A DNA stretch of 64,000 nt, from the NCBI GenBank assembly GCA_038205745.1, contig JBBRBM010000003.1, forward strand, positions 3,879-67,878, read 5' to 3'. The DNA is from Verrucomicrobiota bacterium (GTDB lineage Bacteria > Verrucomicrobiota > Verrucomicrobiia > Limisphaerales > SIBH01). The translations under genes and the position numbers were made by a program. Each line of letters starts with the position of its first letter. Positions within the stretch are counted from its first letter, which is position 1. The notes beneath the pieces are model-generated. The model saw only the letters and a program-made list of their open reading frames with translations. It was not told the DNA's origin and searched no databases. Below, piece by piece: positions 34,201-45,600 of this stretch.

Positions 34201-36495
34201 CGCAAGATTCCCCTGCACTGCCAGCGAATAGACCGTGTTGTCGGCTCCGAAAGCCGGGGCAAAGGCCGTATCGAGATCACCGTCACCCAGCAACCGCGCG
34301 ATGCGGCTGCGCGGTTGGCCGTTGAAAGAGGTGAATTCGCCACCCACGTAAAAGCGCTGGCCCTCGCCATTCGCATCGACCGACGCCGTGAATTGCCAGA
34401 CCGTTCCCGGATCACCGCTCCCCTCATTGATGACGATCGAAACCACCGTCGCTCCGCCGCCGCCGAACGGAACGGAAACCGTGATCGGGCCTTGATACAG
34501 GGCGAAGTCACAGAGCGGATCGCCCAGGTAATTATTGGTCATGCCCGAATTGTAAATCAGAGTGGCACCGTAATAGATGTGCAGCGTGTCGGGCACACAC
34601 GCAAAATCGTAAGTGACCGTCACGATTCCCGACGCACCGCCCACCGTGATGTTGGTGCGAAACTCCGCAGGTCCAGCGCCGGAGTTGCCCGCACCGACGT
34701 TGATAATCGCCGTACTCCGCTCCATCGCCACTGCCCAAATCGGTGCGTCAGGACCGGTTCCAGGATTGAACGTCGTGTCGAGTGTTCCGTTCGGCAAAAG
34801 TCGCGCGATGTTGTTCACCGGCACGTCGTTGTAAGCCGTGAATTCACCGACGATGATCATCTTTCCGTCCGCCTGAAGCGCGATGTCCCGCACGATTCCG
34901 CGGACACCGCTGCCAGGAATAAAGCCCGGATCAAGCGAACCATCCTCATTCAACCGCGCGACACCGCGGCGGCTGATATTGTTGAATGAAGTGAACCCGC
35001 CACCGATCACGATCTTGCCATCGGACTGCTCCACCAAAACATCAATAAATCCGTCCGCGCCACTTCCCGGATCAAAGCTTGCATCCACTGAACCGTCAAC
35101 ATGCACACGTGCGATGCGATTGCGCACGATCGCGTTCACGCCCGTGAATTCGCCGGCGAGGAGAGTCTTGCCGTTGTTGCCGATGGCGCTGTTCGCCACC
35201 ACAGACACCGCATACACCTCGTTGTTCGCGCCCGGAGTGATGATTGGATTGTAATACCAGTCCACCGACCCGGCCGACATATCGTCCGAACGGATGACCA
35301 CCGGAATCTGGCGCGCTCCGCCAAACGACGGCGGATTCCCCGCAGTGCCCCCGCGAATGTTAATCAGCGAGAAGAGGTTGGTCTCATCCAGTTCCACGAG
35401 AATATCGTCCGTGATCGTGATCGTGAACGTCTGTTCGCTTCCCTGCGACCCGTTGCCCTGCCCATCGAGCCAAGTCAACGTGCGCTGATTCAGCACAAAA
35501 TCCAGCCCATGCCGAGACTCCAATTCCCCGGGACATGTGGCAGAATTAATGAAATTCGTAATGTCCACATCGATCCTGCCGCTGCTCCCGCACTCGCGAA
35601 AAACATGCACCGTCAGCGTCGTCGTATTCCCCTCGCGCACCAGCGGTTGCATCGGGTCGGCGTAAAAATCGATGCTGTTATTATCCACCGTCGCCCCGGT
35701 GATGCGGATGCGGCCCACGCCATTGTCGTTGTCGCGAATCACCACCGACGCCACACCGAAATTCGGAGCCACGGAGCCGCCAATTGGATTCGAAAGAACC
35801 ACCTGAAAAAAATCCAGGTTCGTCTCCACTGTGCAATCATCCACGATCGGAATGCTGATCGTCGCCGACAACTGACCGTTGGTGAACAAAATGGTGCCCG
35901 ACGTCGCGAGGTAGTCCGCGTTAAAGATGGCCGTGCCATCCACCGTGGAAAAATCCACCGACGCCGACCCATTCGTATCCCCCACCCGCAGCACCGTGAG
36001 CACGGCGTTCGTCACATCCTCATTCACCTGCAGGTTGGTGCTGGCAAAGCGGAAGAAGGTGTCATTGTCAAAAATCGTGACCAACGTGACCGCATTCGAG
36101 CCCAGGTTCGCCCCCACCGGACTGAATAGCAGCACACCGAACGTTTCACTCGGCTCCGTCAGCAAATCGTCGATGATCGGGACATTGATCAGCTTGAACG
36201 TTTCGCCGTCGGCGAAGTTGAGGACATCATTGGTGCCAATGTAATCCGCGCCCGACAGCGCCGAACCATCGAACGTCGAATACTGCACGGAAGCCGCGCC
36301 CGAGCCGGGAGTACGCGTGACGATGACACTGATATTGGTGCCCGCGACACCGCCCGCCTCGTAAGTGCTGGGGGCACCGGGCAGGAACTGGATGGTTTGC
36401 GCCCCACCCAATGCGGTGGTGAGCAGGAAAAGAAACAACCCACAAAGGCCGGCGAAACCGCGTTTCATCGCGGCCTTAGCTTGCAATTTTTGCAT
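28267..36495 (-). CDS. Giant secreted protein (2742 aa): ~12 Calx-beta modules, three delta-60 propeller arrays and shared C-terminal domain
   Basis: The signal peptide is MQKLQAKAAMKRGFAGLCGLFLFLLTTALGGAQT. The Calx-beta and delta-60 signatures are the same as in the neighbouring gene. The protein ends ...VPYRFYRVRRLVP. Confidence 0.9.
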   Translation of the reverse strand: MQKLQAKAAMKRGFAGLCGLFLFLLTTALGGAQTIQFLPGAPSTYEAGGVAGTNISVIVTRTPGSGAASVQYSTFDGSALSGADYIGTNDVLNFADGETFKLINVPIIDDLLTEPSETFGVLLFSPVGANLGSNAVTLVTIFDNDTFFRFASTNLQVNEDVTNAVLTVLRVGDTNGSASVDFSTVDGTAIFNADYLATSGTILFTNGQLSATISIPIVDDCTVETNLDFFQVVLSNPIGGSVAPNFGVASVVIRDNDNGVGRIRITGATVDNNSIDFYADPMQPLVREGNTTTLTVHVFRECGSSGRIDVDITNFINSATCPGELESRHGLDFVLNQRTLTWLDGQGNGSQGSEQTFTITITDDILVELDETNLFSLINIRGGTAGNPPSFGGARQIPVVIRSDDMSAGSVDWYYNPIITPGANNEVYAVSVVANSAIGNNGKTLLAGEFTGVNAIVRNRIARVHVDGSVDASFDPGSGADGFIDVLVEQSDGKIVIGGGFTSFNNISRRGVARLNEDGSLDPGFIPGSGVRGIVRDIALQADGKMIIVGEFTAYNDVPVNNIARLLPNGTLDTTFNPGTGPDAPIWAVAMERSTAIINVGAGNSGAGPAEFRTNITVGGASGIVTVTYDFACVPDTLHIYYGATLIYNSGMTNNYLGDPLCDFALYQGPITVSVPFGGGGATVVSIVINEGSGDPGTVWQFTASVDANGEGQRFYVGGEFTSFNGQPRSRIARLLGDGDLDTAFAPAFGADNTVYSLAVQGNLAILVGGSFQTFDGLDRAGLVRLLTNGTVDTTFSSGSGVLGAVFDIKLQPDQMPIIGGDFTLYNGTARTNIARLYTDGTLDTSFGDNHYLQAQSGPNGFVNSISIQTNGNIMAGGAFSLIGGGQDGIFGLLTNAVRPQFNFTRFIGGTNPGALNMPGNIEFVSAQYSVDENSLSGSVLLTVRRLHGEVGPITTSFYTVDGSGHAGTDFSGTSGTVIFGDCDTLTRIIQIPIFDNSFVEGNRTFTVILTNPVNGSLPSTQPALGAQTRATVTILDNDFNRGVLGFQQPVFNVDETGNATVTVVRTNGSVGQVTVQYATYALTATGGIDYTTTSGTLTFASGDTNKSFFVPIASDVSLESEEWFGVRLTNATGGAVLGLSNATVLIYDNDFGRGSVSFTNSELAVSESAGFATIPIRRTSGGLGYLTNDFIAYELPLGPGVARADIDFTPVTNRVVFPPGVLTQYVTVPIISDRFVEGNERIGLLLTNVSNGTLGFLRQSTLTIVDDDSYGSLGFSDVNYFISERGTNALITLTRVGGDAEDVSVDFATVAISATDGEDYVGTNMTVTFPDGVRTVVVALPILDDELLEENETVSLVLNNFQKATPGTFTNSLLTIIDNEALNAPAGSVDTTFDAHPNSFINALGLQSSGKLIVGGDFTSINSFGFNRIARLNVTGSTDPLFKVGQGANGQVQAILIQPDDKIIVGGRFTTYDVTNRARIARLNADGTIDSSFNPGAGADNPVFALALTPDQRVVLGGSFTTVNGVTRPNVAVLNTNGSVDFSFSTGAGLNGTVYAVAVQPDGKILIGGDFTMVNNTNRSRIARLHPNGSLDVTFNPPGGAAGGAVRAILLQPDGNIVVGGSFTNFNGAARNHLARLLPSGGLDPSFDAGSGADAAVLALALQGNGRILVAGDFHVFNGVSRNRLTRLAPDGSIDPSINFGTGANSFIAAVLLQPNEQIVIGGGFTEFNGVPRQYVARLIGGVNDGAGTFNFISGVFTVNENGTNAVITVSRDGGTAGIGTVNFSTFDGSGFAPGDYQATNGTLTFPPGETLQTFSVRVVNDHTVDGDVVVFLALDSPSAGAELGLTSDAVLVIRDDDCIIRFVTENYSVNEGVAAGHAIIAVERVGSTNTTVAVNFATVGGTATSPDDYTASSGLVVFSPGETLREFTVPVFEDTNVEAPETVLLQLSSPIVFSGGGSDAFLGLSDATLTIVDNDFLPGQFTFSAQTNVVGEADGFITITVLRTNGSSGIVSVRYSLGGGTAAAGVDYLAASGLLSFADGETAKSFSVVIINDQSVEGDETVLMTLSNPTGGASLLSTNPGTLLIIDDESGVQFESATYSAAEDDGSVRVTVIRSGNTNVVASVGFFTAPQTASAPADYIPTNGTLTFLAGVVRQLFDILIVSDTVTELPETFRVLLNNPSSNVQIGAPSNAVITIQDSARFVHFSATDYIVNEGDTNAVITIERSGLLTRGISVIFRTRDGSAVAGADYLYTSNIVKFAAGESNKTVLVPIFDDGLTEGPETVLLDLVFPTNAAVILPGTATLTIADNDAGPGGPDSTFDPGAGANKFVRAVALQQNGRILVGGAFTNFANVTNRNFLARLNTNGVFDTNFIVAGPNALVSAVAADTNGHIVIGGAFTNVNSNAFNRMARLLDSGASDPTLSQSLKFDAAVNALELLSDGRIVAGGGFSLPTRGVARLRVNGSTDLTFDVGSGTDAPVLAAKLQPDGMVLIGGGFTNVSGFPYPRLVRIAANGLIDTSLQPLTITNGNVLSIAVQADGKILIGGTFRFVNGFARGGIARLNSDGSLDLTFDPGTGPNGSVYTVNVLANGHVFIGGDFTSVNGFTRNRYALLQTGGAVDEEFDSSLGADNTVYSSVVQPDQKIIIGGDFVTVGGLTRRGVARINVGETLLRASAPVLSINSATVTVNSQPGRTYALEGSTNMVQWFSLSTNTATGLTLDLTDSPISGVPYRFYRVRRLVP
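28270..28470 (-). other. Shared C-terminal domain, copy 2
   Basis: The last 67 codons: ...TYALEGSTNMVQWFSLSTNTATGLTLDLTDSPISGVPYRFYRVRRLVP. Confidence 0.6.
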
Positions 36496-36601
36496 ACAAA
36501 AAGCGGTTCAACACACACGACACCCGCAGGCGGACACACACGCGCCATGGCTGTTTAGGAAGTCGAGTTATTCTCACACTTAACAATTCACTTCAAGTTG
36601 T

Positions 36602-39600
36602 TTACGGCTTCTTCAGGCGGAAGAACTGCCGCTGTCCCGTAACCGGCACGGTCTGGGTGTAAACGCCATTCACCAACTGCGGCGTTCCCGGCAACGGCGA
36701 CCACGGCCCATTCGCCTCCGGTCCGCTCACCACGAAGTAACCCACGGCACTCGCCGGCCACGAAAAAACGATGTCGTTCCCCGATCGCGTCGCGAACAGC
36801 GTGACGCTCGACCCGGCAATGAAGTTCATCCGCCAACCGCCTGCCAACACGCCGGCGTCCGAACCCTGATCGTCCATGATGAACAACTTCCAGTCACCGT
36901 TCGGATCGGTGCCGTTGAAAATCGAAAGGCTCGTGCCGTAAGGTCCGGCGGGTGCGGGCGGGAAGAAAGTATCACCAGCGCCAATATTCGTCGGTTTGTA
37001 GGAGCCGGAAACGATCTGCGCGTTGGGCGGCAGCCCGCTGGCTGCGGATTCCGTGAACAACAACGTCACGCCGTCCAGATCGAAGCCCCCGCCCGCATCC
37101 GACATCAACATCACGTTCTGTCCTGACGGGCCGACAACCAGAATATCCAGATCCGCCGGATACGTGTGGCGCAAGTCACTGAGTGTGACCGTCAGATCAG
37201 TCAACGCATTCGGCGCGTTGGTGATGCGAATGATGGAGGGATACGTGGCCGCAGTTCCGGCATCGAGCAGCGTCACAGGCGACGGATTCGCGTACGTTCC
37301 CGCTGAGACAGCCGCAGCGATGTTCGTCGCCACGTTGTTGTCCAGGTTGAAATCAATCTGGTCTGTGGACACCACGGCACCATTTGTCAGGCTGCCTTCC
37401 TGCGTCGGGATGACGTTGATCAGTATCGTGGCAAATCCTCCGGCGAAGAGCGTGCCGATGTCCGCCGTCAACACTCCATTGCTCAGCACGATCGTGCCGC
37501 GGCTGGTTGTATAGCTGAGCAGGTTGGCGTTCACCGACGGCGGCGTATCGAGCAGCACCACATTGGTGGCAACGTCAGGCCCGGCATTCGTGACCACAAT
37601 TGTGTAACTGAAGATGGAGCCGACGCCGGCAAACGGACTGGGCGTCGCGATCGACAAGCGCAGGTCGGCCCCCGCCAGCGCGGTGCCACCAATGCCGCCA
37701 AAGCCGAAGATGAATGTGTTCGGCGAGCCGTTGGTTTTGCCCTCAAAGGTTTCCGGTTCGCCAAACGAACTCTTGCCAAACGAATACGCCTCGGCGCCAA
37801 CACGCGCCACCGCCGACAACGCATCGCGCTCGGTGCCAGCCGCGCCGTAATAGGTCACGAACGATGTGCTCTGGCCGGGATTCAACAACCCGAAGTTGAA
37901 ATCAAACAACGCGCCGTGGTCCGCTGGACCGCTGTCCACGAACGTGTTCGTCGCCAGAATGAAGAAGCCCGGTATCAACGGGTCAGCGCTCGCGAAACCG
38001 TTGTCGCTGGTGAAGACAAGGTTCGTCGAGTCGCCCTTGATCACAGTGGAATATTCGCGGAACGGCGTCGGCTCGATGTCCCAATCCATCACGCGGCGAT
38101 ACAGAACTTCGGTGACGTTGGTCGAAATGTTTTCGATCGTGACATCCACCTGATAGAGATTCCGCGTCACTGGCGAGGGATGATAGAAATGCGTCACGCG
38201 GAACGTCGGCCGCGGCGTGGTATTCGTGCCGCCGAAGCGAGTGCCGCCGATCACGCGCACCACCGACCTCGCATTCACTCCATCCGAGGTGAAGCTTTCG
38301 ACCACGAGTCCGAAAGGTCCGCCGTCCGATGACTCGTTCGCGCCTCCGGAAACGCGGGAGATCGCGTCCGCCGCGCCCCAGCCTTCGCACAAGCAACCCG
38401 GCGCCGTCGATTCAGCGCCCGTGGGCAGATAGCGCAATCCGACCGCCGTGGTGCCGCTCAACGAAGGCTTGCCGCCCGGCACATTCAGGTGTCCCGCGCG
38501 ATGCACGCCGAGTTGAACAATTCCGTTGTCGATGATGCCGCTGACCGAGCTGCCTCCGGCATCCACGCTCACGGTCGTGGTTTCAATGCTCGTATTGTTC
38601 GCTGGTGATGGCTCGGGTTCGACTGCCACCGCCGTCGCGAGATTGGTGAAAGTGCCGCCCACCGTGGTGCGGAACACGATCAACGCCTGCGCGAATGCAC
38701 CATTCGTAATCGTGCCGAACTCGAACACAAGCGTGCCGCCCGTGGCGTAATTCGTTCCCTGCGAACCCGAGAACGAAACCAGCGTGAACTGCGGCGGGAG
38801 CGAGTCGAACAACGTGACGTTGTGCGCCACGCTCGGGCCGTCGTTGAACACCGTGATTGTGTAAGTCACGTTCACGTTGACGCCCGCCGGATCACGCGAC
38901 TCGCTCGTCGTCACCGACAGGTCCGACGCCGCCGTCACCACCGTCGTCTGCACTGCCGTGTTCTCGGGCGTCAGGTCAGGCTCGTTGGCGGAAGCCGTGA
39001 TGATGTTCGTCATCACACTTTCAAAACGGCCCTGCACGATCACATTGCCGTTCACTGAAGAATTCGCCGGCATCGTGCCGACGGTGAACACCAGTCGATC
39101 GCCCAGATTGATGAATGAGCCGCCGCTGATGCTGGCCGAAACGAACGTTCCATTCAGTGGCAGGTAATTCGTCACGAGCACGCCCGTCGCCACCAGTGGA
39201 CCGCGATTCGTCACCACGAAATGATACGTCACCGGCTGGCCGGCGAACGCCGGGTCGGGCGCATCCGTCAACGTCACGCTGAGATCGGCAGTTGTTCCCG
39301 GCGCGATCGTCGTCACGACGCTCACGGTGTTGTTCGCAATGATGGAATCCGGTTCCTGCGAAGAGACTGTGGCCGCATTCGTCAGCGTGCCGCCCACGCC
39401 CGCGACCGTTTTGAAATCAACCGTGGCAACACTGTTCGAGGTCAGGAAATCCAGCGCGCACAGCACGTAACCGTTGCTCACGACGCAACTGCCTTGCGAA
39501 GGAAACGCGCCCACGATGGTGACTCCCGCAGGAAGCGCGTTGCTGAACAGAACGTTGGCCGCCGCATTGGGTCCGGCATTGCTGACGATGAAGGAATAGA

Positions 39601-42600
39601 GCAATACGTCGCCCGCCGCCGCACCGGAGGCAGGTGACACGCTGCCGGTCACCGAGAGGTCGGCGACTTTCGCCGGATCGACCGTCGAGAAGATCAAACG
39701 CCAGCCGTTGCTGATCACGCCGGCGTCATTGCCACGGTCATCCAGCACATACAACGACCATGTGCCGTTCACACTCTTGCCGCCGAAGATCGAGAGCAGA
39801 TTTCCATACGGCCCGACTGGTGCAGGGCTGAAGAAATTGTCCGCCGGACCAAAATCCGTCGGGCGATTCGTGCTCGTGGTCAGGACCGCGTTGCTCGAAA
39901 TGCCGGGCGCCGTGTCGTCGAACGTCAACGTGAGGTTCGTCACCGGGAAGCTGCCGCCCACATCCGACATCAACAGCACTTTTTCACCGGCGGGGCCGAC
40001 GAGCAACGCATCGATGTCTGCGGGGAACGAGTGGCGCAAGCCCACCAACTGCACTTCCACATGGCTCAACAGGCCGGTGAGATTGTTCACCACGATCGTC
40101 GAGGGATACGGTGAGGCCGGCTGCGCGTCGAAGATGTTAATCATCGCCGTGTTCGAACGAATGATGGTGCCGACCGTGAAGTCGTTGTCCACGATGCTGA
40201 GCGGCGCAACGCCCGGCGTGCCGATCGCGCAGTCCACGGGATTGATCAGGCTCAATGAGAGCGTTTCGTTGGGCTCACCAGTCGGGTCGTCGATGATCGG
40301 GACGAACACTTCCGCGTTCGTCTGGCCCGGCGCAAAAGCGACGTTCGTGCTCACGGAAATGTAATCACTCCCGGCCAGCGCGGTGAGGTCCGCCGTGACG
40401 AGCGTGGCGGAAATCGTGCCGCTCAACCCGCCCACACGCTGCAACGTGATGACCGCGTTGGTGACGCCTTCGCTCACGACGTAATTGGTGCGCGCAAACT
40501 GAATGCCTTTCTCGTCGTCTTGAATGGTCACGAGCGCATTGGTGTTGCCGCTCAAGTCAACCAACGCCGGGGCGCCGCTCAGGAACAAACCGAAATTTTC
40601 GTCTCCCTCAACGGCCGTGTCGTTGAGGATCGTGATGTTGACGATCGCGGAGGTTTCGCCGGCCGCGAACGAGATCGTGTTGGTCACGCCAACGTAATCC
40701 AACGCGTTCGTGGCGGTAATGTCGTAAGTGCTGAGGCTCAGCGAGAATGCCGTGTTCGTGTTGCCACTGCGCAACACCGTGACCGCCAGGGAACCGGCGT
40801 TCTCCGGCACCAGGAAATTCACGGACGCAAACTCGACGGCTGTTGTCACCGCTTTCTCATCGCCATGGATGCGCGCCACGTAATTCCTCGCGATGCCGTT
40901 CACTTCCGTGAAATCGCCGCCGATGATCACCGCGCTGTCCGGCTGCACCAGCGCCGTGCGCACGGAGGCATTGGCGCCGTTGCCCGTCACGAAACCGAAG
41001 TCGATGCCGCCGGTCTTTTTCAATCGCGCAAACCGATTCGCCAGCGCGCCGTTGTAAGTGGTGAAGTCGCCGGCAATCACGATCTTGCTGTTCGGTCCCA
41101 CGGCAATGGCTTGGATCGCTCCACTCGCGCCGCTGCCGATGCCGAAATTGGCATCGACCGCACCCGATGAAGTCAGGCGCACGAGGGCATTTCTTCCGTT
41201 GCCATCGAAGTTCGAGAATTGTCCGCCGGCAAGAATGAGTCCGTCCGGCTGCACCGCGATTGCATTCACCGGGCCGTTGAAGCCTGTGCCCGTGGCGAAG
41301 CTGAGGTCGAGGCCGCCGCTGGTGTTCAAACGAGCGAGCGATGCGCGGTTGGTTCCATTGACGGTGGCAAAAGCGCCGCCAGCCAGGATTCTGCCGTCGG
41401 ACTGAATAGCCAGCGCATTCACATTGCCGCTGAAGCTGGGATTGAAACCGGCGTCGAGCGAGCCGTTGACGTTAAGGCGCGCGATGTGGCTGCGCGGCGT
41501 GCCGCCGACAGACGTAAAGTCGCCCGCGATAATCACCTGCCCGTTGGTCTGCAATGCGATGGCGCGCACGATGTCATTCACACTGTTGCTGAAGACGAGA
41601 TCGAGTTTGCCGTCCGCAGCGAGGCGCGCGATGCGGGTGCGGTTCGTGTTGTTAACCTGTGTGAAATCGCCGCCGAGATAGACCTTGCCGTCCGGCGCGG
41701 AGGCGAGTGAGTACACGGTGTTATTCGCACCTGCTCCCGGATTGAAGCCCGAATCGAAAATGCCGTTGGCTTGCAGCCGCGCCACGCGAATGAAGGTGAA
41801 TCCGTCCACCTGCGTGAATTCACCCGCGATGACGATCTTGTTGTCATACTGGAGGGCCGCGGCGCGCACGGGAGCGTTCGGACCGGAGACGAATTCATAG
41901 TCCACATTGCCCGCAGTCTCGTTGTCGATAATGGTCACCGTGGTCGTAATGTTCGCCCCCAGCAGCACAGAATTCGGGGCGGCTACGGCGGAAGTTTCCG
42001 GATTGCTCAGCGTGACGATGAAGTCTTCGTTCCCCTCTCCGTCCGCATCGTCCACGATGGGTAGGGTGACCAGCTTTTCGGATTCTCCGGCCACAAACGT
42101 GAGTTGGCCCGTGCCGTTGGTATCGAGTTCGAAATGGTCGCCAGTGAACTGGACGGTGAAGGCGCCACCCAGATAATCCAGACCGTCAATCGCAGTGCCA
42201 TCGGCGGTGGTGTAGGTGGCCGACACCGGATTCACCGTGCCGCCCGTGCGGCGAACGATGATGGTGACGCTGTTGGAATACTCGCGCACAAAGTTGTTGG
42301 TGGACTCGAACTCGATCCGGCACTCGTCATCCACGATCACAAGCGATGCATTGCTGATGGCACCGAGGGACGCGCCGCCAAGCGGGCTGGTCAGGCGCAG
42401 CGAAACCGTCTCGTCGCCTTCGAAGAGATTGTCGTCGAAGATGTCGATGGACACGAAAGCGTTCGTTTGGCCTGGCGCAAAATTAAGGACCAGATTCGTC
42501 GCCACAAAGTCGTTGGAACCTGCGCTTCCGTTCGTGGCGGTGAAGGTTACGGATTGCGCATTGGTAATTACACCGGAGCGGACGATCTCGACCTGGCCCG

Positions 42601-45600
42601 TGAGGCTGTTCTCATTGCCGCGGAAGGTGAGCTGACGAAACGCGAGGTCGGTGTCGTCGTTTACGATAGTCAATGTTGCGGTCTTTTGCCCGCCCAAGGG
42701 AATGCCGCCGCTCGGATTGAACAGTGCCATGGCGACGGTTTCGTCGGGCTCGACCACCGCGTCGTCAATCAAGGGAACATCGAACGTCTTCAACGTTTCG
42801 CCAGGCGCGAAGGTGATCGTTCCGTTGGTGAGCACGTAATCAGAGCCGGCAATGGCCGTTCTGTTGCTGACCACGAAGCTGACGCTGACGGTCAGATTGG
42901 TGTTGCCGCTGCGCACGACTGGGATGGAGGCGACACCTGCGTTTTCCGGCACGTCATAGTTCTCCAGCAGGAACTGGATGGCACCGTCGTCAGAAACCAG
43001 CACCACGGTGGCGCTGCTGGGTGAGCCCACCGCATAACCGGGGCGCGGCAGCAGGGAGACGGTCATGAACTCAGCCATCTCCTCCGTAGGATCATCGCGC
43101 GGAATGAGCGTGAGCACGGCGCTGTTGGTTCCCGCCGGGATGGTGATGCTGCCGTTGGTTGAAAGCGTGAAGTCATTGCCGCTGGCGGCGGTGCCATTGA
43201 CCGCGAAAGCAATGGTGAGCGGTGCGTTGGTCGTGCCGCTGCGCGTCACGGTGAAACGCACCGGCTGCGCTCCCAGCTCGTAAGCAATATCGGACGATGG
43301 CGTGATCGTGACGGTCGATGTGCCAACGTCGAGAATGGTCAAGGTGTGGCTCAGGGACGGTCCCAGGAAAGCGTTTGTCGGGACACGCGTGATGACGGTG
43401 CTCATGATTGGAACCCCGTTGTTCGTAGCAAAGGAAATGTTAGTCACGTAACCGCCCGGGTTCATCAACGTCAGCGTAAGGGTGCGGTTCGCGGTGGAGA
43501 CACCGTCGTTCAGAATCGGCACTTGAATGACCTCAATGCTGCCTTCGGCATTCGAGATGATCGGAGCCGGATCGGGATCCTTGACATGGATGAAATGAAG
43601 CACGCCGGTGGCGCCGCGTTCGAAGGAGCCCGGCACATAATTCACGCCAGGGATGGCTGTGCCGCCCAGGATGCGGTAATCGACTTCGACCGGACGATTC
43701 GTGGCGGGATTGGCCGTCACACGGACGTAAATCAACGCGGTGCCGGCATCCTCGCGGATGGTGGACGTGCCCAGGAGGAATCCAACTGCAGGGAGCGCGG
43801 TATCACCTTCATCATCGTTCACGCGGATCGAGCGCGAGGTGGTGGAGCCAAGCAGGTAGTTGGTTCTGGCAAGGAGTTGAATGACGATGTTTTCCGCACC
43901 CAGCACCCGGCCCCGTTCGCGCGCGTTGTCGTTGATGCCGCTCAACGTGATATTGGCGCTGGCTGCGCCCACTGGAATGATCACATTCGTTCCGATGGCC
44001 GTGTAATCGATGCCTTCCCACGCCGTTCCACCCACTTCAAAGACCACATTGAGGCTGTTCGTCGTGGGACCAGTGCGCGTGACGGTAAATGAAGTACTGC
44101 CACCGCTCTCTCCTATGTCGGCGCCGCCGCTGATGGTGACGGTCGGCAATGTGCCGTCGATAAGGGTGACAATCGCGGCGTTGTCGCTGTAGATATTGTA
44201 AGTGGTTGAGTCAGAAATCTGCACAATCACCGTGCGGGGAAGCGGCGTCGATGCCGAAGCAATGGCGCTGATGGACACGTCGATGCTGATCTGCCCGGCC
44301 GGGATGGTGACCGAACCGGCGAGCGTTGTGTAATCGACTCCCGGAAGCGCCGTGCCGGTGACAAGGTAGTTGACGGTGAGATCGTCGCTCAAGGTACCGG
44401 CGCGCGAGAAGGTGACTCGCCCATTGCCGCCTCCGCGAACGGCGCTCGAATCCGCAGCGAAGATGTTCACGAGCGGCAAATCGTCATCGACCACTAGGAA
44501 GTTCGCCGAGCCGCCCGAGATGGTATAGCGATCCTGCGGGTCAGGGAGAATCGTCACAGTGGCTTGCTCGTTGCCTTCCACGAAAAGATCATTCACGGCC
44601 GTGGCGTATACGATGATGAAATATTCTCCCGCAGGAATCGTGACTGAACCGGACAGCCCGGTGTAGTCGAGATTGTTACTCGCAATGCCGCTCAGGCCAT
44701 AGGCAATCGTCAGGTCGTTCGTGATGGGCGCTCCCGAGCGGAAAAAGAAAATCGCCGCCGTATCGCTGCTGGACTCCATGACGTCGGAATCCAAAACTGC
44801 GACACCCACCAGAGGAACGGCGGGCGGGTCGTCGTCAATGATTTGAATGCTGCTTTCAGCCAAACCGAGGACGTAAGTCGGATCGGTCTGGAACCAGGTC
44901 AGCGCCTGACTTGGACCCGACGGACGGAGTTCCCAGCCAGGAATTGCCAGGTTGTTCGTGCGCGTGACGAAAAGAGTGTTGGTCGAGATCACGCTGCCAT
45001 TTGTGGTCAGCACATTCGTCAACACCGTGAACACGCGCAGATCGTTCGTCGCCAGCAGCAGCCGGATCCCCACGCTGTCGTTTCCAGTTCCGACCCCATT
45101 GTCCGTGGGCGTGTAGCGGAAATCGACTGACGAGAATCCAGCCGGGATGATGAAGCGTCGTTGATCGAAGATAATTGTCGCGAAATCTGAAAAGAAATTT
45201 CCCTCATTGAGCTGTCCGATGGGTTCGAAGCGCACCACGAGATCTTCGCTGAGGTCACCATCGCGCGTGACGACGAAATGGCCTTCTTCATCCGACGAGA
45301 CACCATCCTCGCCGGGTTCGTGTGCATCGATGGTCTGTGCAATCCTGACGCGCGTGATCGGCGTGGCGAGAAAATCGAAATCCGTCGTGTTGCCGTCCGT
45401 CACGACCAGAGGATCGGTGAAATTCTGCGGCACGGTGCGGTAGCCGTAAAGGAACCCACGCTCCGTATAGGAGCCGGGAGGAACGTTGCCAATGACGTAG
45501 TAACCGTCGCTGTCCGTGAAGCCATAGCGATAGGTGCCGAGATCGATGGGGTTGTCTCCATCGTCGGGTCGGGCTCGGCTGTTGTGGACGCGCACACCCT

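Noticed and set aside
36579-36588. The 10-mer cttaacaatt is shared by two intergenic regions upstream of giant genes (36579-36588 and 47899-47908).
   Set aside because: The distances to the respective start codons differ (~85 nt versus ~12 nt). There are only two copies, and a chance match in AT-richer spacers is plausible. Alternating CA/GT tracts at 36514-36545 were also noted but have no supportable function.
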